This document shows, in pieces, positions 1 through 7,853 of a DNA stretch of 61,914 nucleotides; positions within the stretch are counted from its first letter, which is position 1, and each line of letters begins with the position of its first letter. A program made the position numbers and the translations under genes. Source of the DNA: Kiritimatiellia bacterium (GTDB taxonomy: Bacteria; Verrucomicrobiota; Kiritimatiellia; RFP12; UBA1067). The notes below the pieces were generated by a model. The model saw only the letters and a program-made list of their open reading frames with translations. It did not search any database and had not been told where the DNA came from. The stretch spans positions 1 to 61,914 of the forward strand of contig JAZRWB010000030.1 of assembly GCA_045599445.1 (NCBI GenBank), in the 5' to 3' direction.

Positions 1-527
1 ACCCCCTCGTCGGACGCCTCGGGATGAATCCTCACGAACTTGCCGTTTGTCACGATTTCGCGGCGTCCGTCCTGCGATATGACCTCGAACCGGTCGCCGA
101 GATCTCTCTGCCGGACGGAGAATATCTGCGATCTCTCCGACCCCGTCTCGTTGATCGGACGAAGCCGCGCCAAGGCGGCGGAGAGTCCCTTCTTCGCCAT
201 CATCTGCACCTTGAGCTTGTTGACCTTCGGATCAAACGGCGAATTCGCCGCGGGGAATCCGCCCTCCAGCGTCACGCCAATCGCGAAGTCCTCGAAATCC
301 AGCCGGTTGCCGTTCGAGAGCTCCTCCTTGATGTACTCGCAAAGGCCATTCACGTACATCTCCGCAAGCGCGGGTTTCGATCCGATGAAACTGGCGAACC
401 GCCCGATAATCACGTCCTTCGTGAGCGTATTATTATGACGGATGCGTCCGATATGCTTCACCTTGCCCTCCAGCAACTTCGAATTGCTCGGCGTCGTGGC
501 ATACCCAATCGTACTTGCGTAAATCAT
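1..527 (-). CDS. HU/IHF-like DNA-binding protein, possibly with a C-terminal Ig-like (DUF4469-type) domain; 3' end runs off the window
   Basis: Absent from the ORF track because its stop is outside the window. Manual translation from ATG at 527: MIYASTIGYATTPSNSKLLEGKVKHIGRIRHNNTLTKDVIIGRFASFIGSKPALAEMYVNGLCEYIKEELSNGNRLDFEDFAIGVTLEGGF... AGGAG RBS at 533-537. The helix-helix-'EELSNGNRLDF'-beta pattern resembles HU-HIG family proteins (family call by recognition). Confidence 0.6.
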   Translation of the reverse strand, partial: MIYASTIGYATTPSNSKLLEGKVKHIGRIRHNNTLTKDVIIGRFASFIGSKPALAEMYVNGLCEYIKEELSNGNRLDFEDFAIGVTLEGGFPAANSPFDPKVNKLKVQMMAKKGLSAALARLRPINETGSERSQIFSVRQRDLGDRFEVISQDGRREIVTNGKFVRIHPEASDEG

Positions 528-552
528 AATCCCTCCTAGTATCGGCTAAACT

Positions 553-699
553 GTTATATAAGAGATTCTATCATGTTATATAGCGCTTGTCAATGCGTCA
601 TATACCGCCCACCAAACCGTAATATAACGCCCAACCAACTGTTATATAACGCTCAACCATCCGTTATATAACGCGCACACAACCGTTATATAACGTTTA
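553..699. repeat. Array of seven palindromic GTTATATAAC-like boxes with exact 22-bp period
   Basis: Cores start at 553 (GTTATATAAG), 575 (GTTATATAGC), 597 (GTCATATACC), 619 (GTAATATAAC), 641, 663 and 685 (GTTATATAAC). The last four full 22-bp units are similar direct repeats, e.g. ACCAACTGTTATATAACGCTCA and ACCATCCGTTATATAACGCGCA. Confidence 0.92.
565..593 (-). promoter_or_regulatory. Sigma70-type promoter of the HU-like gene
   Basis: Minus strand reads TTGACA-17 nt-TAGAAT with an extended -10 TG, 37 nt upstream of the ATG at 527. Confidence 0.8.
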
Positions 700-766
700 C
701 CCTACACCCTTGGCACTCTTCATCCGCACCTCGGCGGCAACCGAATCGTCACCCGTTTAGTAAGCC

Positions 767-868
767 TTACAGCTCACTTGATGCAGAAATCCACTCCTGC
801 GCTACGACGAAATCCACCGCCAACGCCTGCACCGGATCAAACTTATCTCTCTTTGGCAAGTAGCTCAT
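767..868 (-). pseudogene. 33-aa ORF, possible truncated N-terminus of a helicase-like gene
   Basis: MSYLPKRDKFDPVQALAVDFVVAQEWISASSEL* loosely resembles the Q-motif region before Walker A in SF1 helicases but stops there. Confidence 0.2.
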
Positions 869-907
869 ATCTTATTCACTTACAAATTAGGCGCCCCCTA
901 ATAAGAC

Positions 908-1639
908 TTAAAACAATTCATACTGCTTAGCAGTTCTTGAACGCTTAATCCGATCACTTCTTGCACCACTGTTTGTTTGCGCCAAATCAACAATCTCTTT
1001 TGGATGATACTTCAAAAACTCTTTCTTATTGGAAAGGGCATCATCCAGCACTCCATTTGCTTGCAACGACAGATAAAGCGCAACTGAATATGCCTGACAG
1101 TTCAATGATCTAACAGGATTAAATTCAATGTCTGTAAAACAGTTGTATTCTTTCAGTTGACAAATCAAATCAGAATTGCGGTGCAAAGCCCTGCAGTAAA
1201 TCCAGTCGTAAAACGCTCGCGTGGGATTCAATTCCCATCTTTCCTCTCCTGTCTGAAAGGCCACAAGCGGCAAACCCATTCCTTTAATTTTTGCTCGTAC
1301 CACAGAAGGATCTTCTCCATACAATTCAGGGAATGGCCCTATTTCACCAGCAAACACCTTGCTCGCCTGAAATACAGATTCTACGCAACAAAACCGTCCC
1401 TTTGACTCAACCCCTAAATTAAATGCACTCAATCGAACACCAATATCATACTTTGATTTACTAGATACTTCCAGAGGGATGAAATCCGGATTCTTCATAC
1501 AAATTGCAGCGTGCAACGCCAAAACGTTCTTCTGCTTCTGCACAAATGCAAATCCTGGATTCCACCGAAAAGGTGCTGAAGTCAAAACTGTTACGCCCAC
1601 GCCATTGACATTAGGGAGAAACACTGGACGAGTTACCAT
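908..1639 (-). CDS. darG1: NADAR-family antitoxin (DarG1; DNA ADP-ribosyl glycohydrolase)
   Basis: Motifs RPVF.P, W.PGF...QKQK, LEVSSKS, LSAFNL, VESVFQASKVF, FYDWIY and FTDIEFNP..S.NCQA match DarT1-associated NADAR proteins. Lies 12 bp downstream of darT1. Confidence 0.9.
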   Translation of the reverse strand: MVTRPVFLPNVNGVGVTVLTSAPFRWNPGFAFVQKQKNVLALHAAICMKNPDFIPLEVSSKSKYDIGVRLSAFNLGVESKGRFCCVESVFQASKVFAGEIGPFPELYGEDPSVVRAKIKGMGLPLVAFQTGEERWELNPTRAFYDWIYCRALHRNSDLICQLKEYNCFTDIEFNPVRSLNCQAYSVALYLSLQANGVLDDALSNKKEFLKYHPKEIVDLAQTNSGARSDRIKRSRTAKQYELF

Positions 1640-1651
1640 AAAGCCATCCTT

Positions 1652-2344
1652 TTACGACATGAAATCCTCATGACAAACACGCACTTGAGGCAACTTCATC
1701 TCTGGGTACTCAATTTGCAATGCTCTCGAAACCATCGCATGATGCTCTTCCGATTCCACAACAATCCCCTGTATGTACTTAACATTAATTTCATCAGGAA
1801 ACATAACTTCAGCCTGTCGATCCGTCGGACAATTATTAGGCACGCCCATCCGAGTTGAAACCCTCCGCCCATACATGTTCCCAACAACTACAGAATCTGC
1901 AAACATCGCCTTCAATGCATCTATACCAATCCCCGTGCCACAATTTCGCACATAAGAGGACGCAGCGTTACCAACGGTAAAGGACACCCCTTCCGCCGCT
2001 AATATCTCTGGCGAAATCTCCAAAATACACCAAATGTCACACTCCGTGAATTTCTTCTTAAAGCTCGTGAACAAATATTGATTAATCCGTTGTATGGATA
2101 AATTAATGCAATCCCGCCTGCCATCTAATCGAAGACCATCATTCCAACGGATATAATCCAATAAGAAAAAATCAGATTTACTTTGCGCAACCGTCTCTAT
2201 TTTTTGCTTTGCCCACAAAGCCCCCATCTCATACACACCAAGCAAATTACAAAACGGGGTGAAATGAACCAATCTTGTGATCCCGCGTTCTTTCACAAAC
2301 GCCTGTATTGCCGCGGCATCCGGCGAAAGCACAAACTCAGCCAT
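1652..2344 (-). CDS. darT1: DarT1-type ssDNA ADP-ribosyltransferase toxin (DUF4433)
   Basis: Motifs R.I..L.HFT...NL, ND..R.DG..D.I.LS, W.ILEI.P, NAAS and PTD.QAE (catalytic Glu) are typical of DarT1. Paired with a NADAR gene. Confidence 0.9.
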   Translation of the reverse strand: MAEFVLSPDAAAIQAFVKERGITRLVHFTPFCNLLGVYEMGALWAKQKIETVAQSKSDFFLLDYIRWNDGLRLDGRRDCINLSIQRINQYLFTSFKKKFTECDIWCILEISPEILAAEGVSFTVGNAASSYVRNCGTGIGIDALKAMFADSVVVGNMYGRRVSTRMGVPNNCPTDRQAEVMFPDEINVKYIQGIVVESEEHHAMVSRALQIEYPEMKLPQVRVCHEDFMS

Positions 2345-3716
2345 TTTCCAAGACCTCCGTCATCAGCGCTGAATCAATCTCCGCCAGCAATGGTGTCGGC
2401 GACATTCCGGGAACAATCGTCAAGGTCTCACAAGCCCTTGTCATCGCCACATAGATCAACTTACGCATTTTTGAAATCTCGTCCGGATCAAGCCCTTTTG
2501 TAGAAAAGACTTGATCATTCATGTCTAAAAGGTAAACGTGATCAAACTGCAACCCTTTGAGAGAATGATATGTGGACGCCGTCACACACGCTTTGCCAAA
2601 ATTGCAAACCTTGATTTTCCGTGCTGATGTGCGCACAGGCACCCCCGCTTTCTCAAAGAATTGCTCAACTTCGGCAACACGTTTGCGACTGTAAACGGCC
2701 ACAACGGTTTTATCATATGAACCAACGCCCTTAATGCGACGTATTACTTCCGCAAGACACCAAGAAGTCGATCCCTTCAACACAATCGGCTTAACTCCTT
2801 CTCTGCTCGAAGGGATCATCTCTGTAAAATCGGTATTGTCTTTCTCGTGGCGCATCAACGAATAAGCAGCCTCGGCAATTTGCCGAGTGTTCCGATAATT
2901 TCGCTTGAACTCAACACTTCGGCCAACGACTTTCAACCCCAAATCAGACCACGAAAACCCACTTTGGTAAATTTGCTGCGCGGAATCTGCAACAATTGTA
3001 ATGCTATTTGTTTCTTCGCTTACCAACTGACGAATCAACGATATCCGTGAGAAGGAGAAGTCTTGGGCTTCATCAATAACCACATGCGAAAATGGCCGGA
3101 CGAACCCTGGCTTTTCCACAATCGCCAGCGCATCCAAGACGCGATCGTCCCAGTCACGCATATGCGATTCAGCCAACTTGCAATTATATGCCTCAAACAA
3201 TTTCCAGAGCAATTCTCTGTCCGCCATCGTAACGCGATCTTCTGTTCCTCGGCCTGTCCGCTTAGTGTTCTTATATTGATCAAGGTTAGAAATACGACGC
3301 CCTTTCAGCCAACTAATTTCCGCACAGTAAAAATCATCATTCTTATTTGCAATCGCCTTATCTCTGACCCCACTAAACGTTATAGCCCTAGCATGCTCAC
3401 GAGCCCGTTTCAACACCCCATCATCGATAAAATCATCCCTTCCCAATTCAAGAAAACGAAAAATCCATCGGTCTAGCCCATGCACGGCTATCTGTTGCCC
3501 TCGGACCATTCCCTCAATCGCAGAGACGAGTTCGTTAGTATATGTAAATATGGCGACGTTGGTCGCTCGAAAAAGATCCGGGTGGTCGGCAAGCAGCATC
3601 TCTGCACGCTTGACGGATACGAGCGTTTTCCCCGAACCCGCGCCACCTTTTATGAGCACAGCCCCATGAATCGGCAGCGTCAATGCGATTTTCTGCTCGC
3701 CAGAAAGCTTTAACAA
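2337..3716 (-). CDS. UvrD/Rep-like SF1 DNA helicase
   Basis: GGAGSGKT (Walker A), FTYTNEL, IDEAQD (Walker B), ADSAQQIY, NYRNT, HSLKGLQFD and YVAMTRA. TTG start with AGGAGG upstream. Overlaps darT1 by 8 bp. Confidence 0.9.
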   Translation of the reverse strand: MLKLSGEQKIALTLPIHGAVLIKGGAGSGKTLVSVKRAEMLLADHPDLFRATNVAIFTYTNELVSAIEGMVRGQQIAVHGLDRWIFRFLELGRDDFIDDGVLKRAREHARAITFSGVRDKAIANKNDDFYCAEISWLKGRRISNLDQYKNTKRTGRGTEDRVTMADRELLWKLFEAYNCKLAESHMRDWDDRVLDALAIVEKPGFVRPFSHVVIDEAQDFSFSRISLIRQLVSEETNSITIVADSAQQIYQSGFSWSDLGLKVVGRSVEFKRNYRNTRQIAEAAYSLMRHEKDNTDFTEMIPSSREGVKPIVLKGSTSWCLAEVIRRIKGVGSYDKTVVAVYSRKRVAEVEQFFEKAGVPVRTSARKIKVCNFGKACVTASTYHSLKGLQFDHVYLLDMNDQVFSTKGLDPDEISKMRKLIYVAMTRACETLTIVPGMSPTPLLAEIDSALMTEVLENG

Positions 3717-3731
3717 CTCGCCTCCTTGAAC

Positions 3732-5762
3732 CTATTCGGCCTCCAACGATGGCAAGCCAAGTTTGTCAAAAAACATCTTATTCCTAAGCATCGCATCGTC
3801 AACTAATCTGTCATATGATATGACTTCAATATATGCGTTATACCCACTATGATACCCATAATATCCCATGCCATCCGGCGTCGGCTGCAAAGAAAACTGT
3901 CTTGCACATTTTTGAACCGAGGACAAGACATCACAAATAACATAGCAATACCCCAGCATATTTTCTGCTTTAGGTATCGGCCGACCATCCACAGTCTTCA
4001 CCTTCCCGCTCCGAATTTCCTCCAAATAATCAACTGCCTGCTGAATTGGATTTTCGCCTGAAGGATCAGCATCATTGCGCATCGGTCGCTTGAACTCCAC
4101 CACCGTTAGTGTTGAAAACGGAGGCGTCTTTCGTTCGGAAACAAACTCTGGCGGCAAATAATCAGAGACATTAAGCGCCAACAGATCAGGTTGTTTTGCC
4201 GATTGAGAATCCGTTATTGGCATCGACGAAAATGTTTTATCTGATCCTAAATAATTATGAAAAGCCAATCGTTCATCAATAACCCACAAATTGCATTCAT
4301 TAATGTGAAGCTGATCTGACGTATGTCCCATCGGCATTATAAGATTATGAATCAAGTCCTCTCGAACGTATTTCCCCGTAGGCTGCTTTTTTATTGCATA
4401 TTTCAATACAGCAAGTACTGCACGGCGATGCGCCACATATGCCGCGAGATCGGACTGTTTCACCTCAACCATCTTCGTAACATATTCTTCAATCTTACGC
4501 TTATACACCTCAGCAGACTCATCAACCTTTGGAGTCATGATCTCATGACCAGCTGTTATAAACTCCTGCTCCAAATCAATAAGCTCTTTGTGCAACAGCA
4601 GATGCAAATCTTTATTTGAAATATCAGGCGAAATCGGACGACCGCGTTTTTCTAGCCGCTTTATAACGGATTTATACTGAGGAGCATCTTTATCGACAAA
4701 ATCCTGTATCCGCTGCTTTGTTTTTGTAATGTTACAAGCTGTTTGACTTGCTAAATGGCGCTCTATCAACTTAAGTGCCGCATCGCGAATTTGTTGCAAC
4801 GTCACCTCGTGTTTGACACTAAACAATTCATCAGAGGATGAATCATCAAAATCAAATTCCGTCCTTTCGGCCCTTACATGTTCATCCAGATAGGGTGATG
4901 AAACATACCCTGTATAGAAAAACTTCCCAGTTTCATCATCCAACTCCCCAAACAACCCCGGAATTGCCCCGTCTAATTTCTCAGAAGACACCTGACGCGT
5001 CCCCGCGCAATAAGATAACGAATGATTTCGTGTAACTGATGATCTCACGCGGATATGAACCAATTCAAAATGTTCTTTCCCAACATCAAACTCTTCCGTC
5101 TTAGGATGTCCTACCATATATCCTTCAAACTCATCATCCAAATCAATTGTGCTATTCTTGTCGCCGATAAGAATCTTCGGAACGCTCCCGGGGCGCAGAA
5201 AATACCACAAACAATGCTCAAGCACTAATCGAGCAATAATATCTGCGCCTTTAGGACAATGCTTCCTATACTTAGCGCGAAATTCCGAAAGAAACACCTC
5301 GGATCCTGCTTGCGCATTTTTGTCCGCGGCACAATCTATTGGATCACTAACACCCCCTCGTTCAGTAAAATCAAATTGCCTACTAATCAATCCCTCCCTC
5401 CCTGAATATACACTTTTTATCTCAACTTTTTCAAAGGCCTTTAACCACAACAACCTACCTACACCACGGCAACCATCGGACGCCTTGAAAACCGAATCCA
5501 ACTCATTGAAAGAATTAAAGTTGTCCTCATTAAAACCAATTCCATTATCAGATATTCTAAATCCAATGATATCTCCCATTGCGTCATCTTCCTGGAGGAT
5601 AGGTTCTCTGATAATTTCTACTTTTATCCGCCCGTTATCCTTCCAATCGGGCATAGCCTCAACAGCCTGAATCGCATTCACAATTGCCTCGTACAGCGGC
5701 AACAAGGCATGTGAGTATGGTAATTTGGTATTTTTGAGCCTGCCAATTAAGTTTGATTTCAT
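3732..5762 (-). CDS. GHKL (MORC/HATPase_c-like) ATPase fused to a C-terminal PD-(D/E)XK-like nuclease
   Basis: N-box EAIVNAIQA, G1 DNGIGF, G2 GCRGVGR, G3 GSEV. C-terminal PDLL...VEFKRP...PIQQAVDY fits PD-EXK with a QxxxY motif. Confidence 0.8.
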   Translation of the reverse strand: MKSNLIGRLKNTKLPYSHALLPLYEAIVNAIQAVEAMPDWKDNGRIKVEIIREPILQEDDAMGDIIGFRISDNGIGFNEDNFNSFNELDSVFKASDGCRGVGRLLWLKAFEKVEIKSVYSGREGLISRQFDFTERGGVSDPIDCAADKNAQAGSEVFLSEFRAKYRKHCPKGADIIARLVLEHCLWYFLRPGSVPKILIGDKNSTIDLDDEFEGYMVGHPKTEEFDVGKEHFELVHIRVRSSVTRNHSLSYCAGTRQVSSEKLDGAIPGLFGELDDETGKFFYTGYVSSPYLDEHVRAERTEFDFDDSSSDELFSVKHEVTLQQIRDAALKLIERHLASQTACNITKTKQRIQDFVDKDAPQYKSVIKRLEKRGRPISPDISNKDLHLLLHKELIDLEQEFITAGHEIMTPKVDESAEVYKRKIEEYVTKMVEVKQSDLAAYVAHRRAVLAVLKYAIKKQPTGKYVREDLIHNLIMPMGHTSDQLHINECNLWVIDERLAFHNYLGSDKTFSSMPITDSQSAKQPDLLALNVSDYLPPEFVSERKTPPFSTLTVVEFKRPMRNDADPSGENPIQQAVDYLEEIRSGKVKTVDGRPIPKAENMLGYCYVICDVLSSVQKCARQFSLQPTPDGMGYYGYHSGYNAYIEVISYDRLVDDAMLRNKMFFDKLGLPSLEAE

Positions 5763-5812
5763 ATCTTTTTAACTTTCTTTCTGTTACTTGATCGTCCCAC
5801 TTGCAACCATAC

Positions 5813-6862
5813 TTACTTCACTATCAAACCAAACCTCTCGTCTACACGCTTAAAGCAAATTGCAGTTTCGCAAAGCCACTTAAACGCCGCCGGCCATTCG
5901 GTCTGGGGTGCGTTGATGTCAAATTCCTTCACGACCGAGAACGCGCCATCCATCTTGGCCATATTCCATTCAACCTTAGAGCCGACAAATTTCTCAATCT
6001 CCTCGCGGCGATCTTGAAACGCCTCAAAAACTTGCTTCGCCTTGCTAACATAGATGCCACAGAGGATATTCCCCTTCTTGGAGGTCACCCGCATGAACAC
6101 ATGATGAGTCGAGTGGTCAATTCCAAAATCGTAATAACAATACTTCCCCGGCTTGCGCAGATTAAACTCAGCCACAAACGCCTCATTCTTCTCCGCATAC
6201 TTGTTAAATGCCGTCCAGAAGGTTAAGATCGCCTTCTGTCGAGCAGACATTGACTTATCCGCACCCTTTTCATGCTTGTCATCATCCTCAAATGGTTTCT
6301 GCCTTTTCCAATCTTCGGTAATCTCACCATCCGAAAGAAGCCGCTGGACCTTCCTAAACACCTCCAACGCCTCCGCAGGACTGATGTTGAAAAACTCACG
6401 TTTAGGACTGATGCGCTTGGCATTAAAGTAATCGTGAATCAGCTCCTCAGTCTCAGAGAACTTGGATGTGCGTAGTGTCGCATAGATGTTAAACTCCTTT
6501 GGCAACGCCGTCGTAAAGAGCTGCTTTGCACGATCCTCAACCGCACCCTGCGTTTTACCGATTTTGACAATGTTCGGCTGAAAGCACGGATGCGTCAAAA
6601 TATAAACGAAACCCTCATTAGACTTTTTTCCTGTTTTGCCACCGCCCGACAATATAAAGTAACCATGCCCCGCCTTTGCAAAACGCGACTTCTCTCCCTG
6701 CTTCTTGATGTCCTCATATATTGATGCACCAACCGAATCCTTAGGCGTTGATCCTCCCGGTTGCCAAAATCCGCGTTCGGTTATTTCCGCCGTCAACTCA
6801 GCGCATTTCATCGGCCTCCTTGCCGACTTTAGTACCTCATATGCCGCATCTAGAATATTCAT
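5813..6862 (-). CDS. HARE-HTH + GIY-YIG (T5orf172) + DUF4268-like three-domain nuclease
   Basis: N-terminal DAAYEVLK...PM...EL...I...G..P..S..ASIY.DI...G..SRF (HARE-HTH). Central GFVYILT.P....VKIGKT...R...L...P..F...E..IH...R.....REFF (T5orf172). C-terminal FW..F...IE...G..VEW...W...F.WL (DUF4268-like). Confidence 0.8.
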   Translation of the reverse strand: MNILDAAYEVLKSARRPMKCAELTAEITERGFWQPGGSTPKDSVGASIYEDIKKQGEKSRFAKAGHGYFILSGGGKTGKKSNEGFVYILTHPCFQPNIVKIGKTQGAVEDRAKQLFTTALPKEFNIYATLRTSKFSETEELIHDYFNAKRISPKREFFNISPAEALEVFRKVQRLLSDGEITEDWKRQKPFEDDDKHEKGADKSMSARQKAILTFWTAFNKYAEKNEAFVAEFNLRKPGKYCYYDFGIDHSTHHVFMRVTSKKGNILCGIYVSKAKQVFEAFQDRREEIEKFVGSKVEWNMAKMDGAFSVVKEFDINAPQTEWPAAFKWLCETAICFKRVDERFGLIVK

Positions 6863-6873
6863 AGCTCCCCCTT

Positions 6874-6987
6874 TTACTCCATCGGTTTGATCATCGACTC
6901 GATGAATGCGATTTCTTCTCGAGTCAGCTTGTGCTTCTTGTACAGCTTCGCCTCATCCCACGGCTCGGAAAAATCCTGCATGGGGAC
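6874..6987 (-). pseudogene. 3' remnant of an Eco57I-type R-M methyltransferase gene
   Basis: Manual translation VPMQDFSEPWDEAKLYKKHKLTREEIAFIESMIKPME* is the characteristic C-terminal tail of Eco57I-domain R-M proteins. It ends 11 bp before the GIY-YIG gene and has no upstream gene body. Confidence 0.75.
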
Positions 6988-7025
6988 TTGCCGAACCCTC
7001 CATCTGTTATGCAACACCCCAACAT

Positions 7026-7853
7026 TCATCCCAACTTCCTCGTTATTAGCTTCTGCTTAATCTGATTGCCGATTATCAAATGATCCAGCACTTCAACCCC
7101 TATTGCCTTGCCGAGCTTCTTCATCACCTCTGTCAGTTGCCGATCCTGAACACTCGGAGTTGAATTCCCACTCGGATGATTGTGGGCAAGGATAATTGAC
7201 TTGGCGTCCAATTTAAGTGCGGCAGCAAACACATCACTCGGCTGGATGGAAGTTGTAGTTGGTTCGCCCAACGAAACAAGGATTGGTTCTGAAAGCGTAC
7301 GATTCTCCAAATCAATTGGCAACACGAAAAGCCCTTCGTTCTTTCCGGCAAGCGGAATCGCCATTTGAAAAATACGCACCGCATCTTCAGCGGTCGCCAC
7401 CTCTGTTCTAACGGTTCGCGCCAGATCATCTGCCATTGTCACTCGCCCCGCCAAAGTCTGAGGCAAATCCCACATACCCATATTTCCGCGGCAAGCGATC
7501 GGCTGATCAAAACAAGCAACCTCTGACAAATCCCACCGATAGCGATAGCCCTCATTCCACAATTCGGCCGCCGCGCTCTCACGACAGGAATAATCAACAC
7601 AGCCGACAATCTTGCCCGGCCAATCGGCGACATCGCTCCACGCCGGAATCATCGCGAACTGATCAGCTGGCAAAGCCCGCGACGCCCACTGAACAAAGTT
7701 CCCGAACTCTTCCTTGCAAAACGATTTGGAACATGACACCGCACATCGCCCTTTTACCGGCGACGGACACATACTACGATTCTCAGCCCGCTTGATTCCG
7801 AGCATGATGAGAATCGCATACGGACCCGTGCACGTAAAGGCGCTGGTAATCAT
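7026..7853 (-). CDS. ASCH-like domain fused to a RadC-like JAB domain
   Basis: N-terminal GPYA.LI..GIK..ENRS...GR..V..S and G.IVG.VD...P.ACRG.MG.W (ASCH). C-terminal E.L.VL...G......P.DVF..A....A..II.AHNHPSG...PS..D...T...G.EVLDHLII (RadC JAB). Confidence 0.8.
   Translation of the reverse strand: MITSAFTCTGPYAILIMLGIKRAENRSMCPSPVKGRCAVSCSKSFCKEEFGNFVQWASRALPADQFAMIPAWSDVADWPGKIVGCVDYSCRESAAAELWNEGYRYRWDLSEVACFDQPIACRGNMGMWDLPQTLAGRVTMADDLARTVRTEVATAEDAVRIFQMAIPLAGKNEGLFVLPIDLENRTLSEPILVSLGEPTTTSIQPSDVFAAALKLDAKSIILAHNHPSGNSTPSVQDRQLTEVMKKLGKAIGVEVLDHLIIGNQIKQKLITRKLG

Noticed and set aside
24-539. Plus-strand ORFs 24..539 and 40..438
   Set aside because: Antisense shadows of the minus-strand HU-like gene, which has the RBS and promoter.
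553-699. CRISPR array interpretation of the 22-bp repeats
   Set aside because: The period is only 22 bp, the 12-nt intervals resemble each other rather than being unique spacers, and there are no cas genes.
887-903. ATTAGG-N5-CCTAAT hairpin after NADAR as a terminator
   Set aside because: Weak 6-bp AT-rich stem with no clear U-tract.
2337-5762. Calling the ATPase-helicase pair Gabija
   Set aside because: The ATPase is GHKL-fold with a PD-(D/E)XK-like tail, not an ABC ATPase-TOPRIM.
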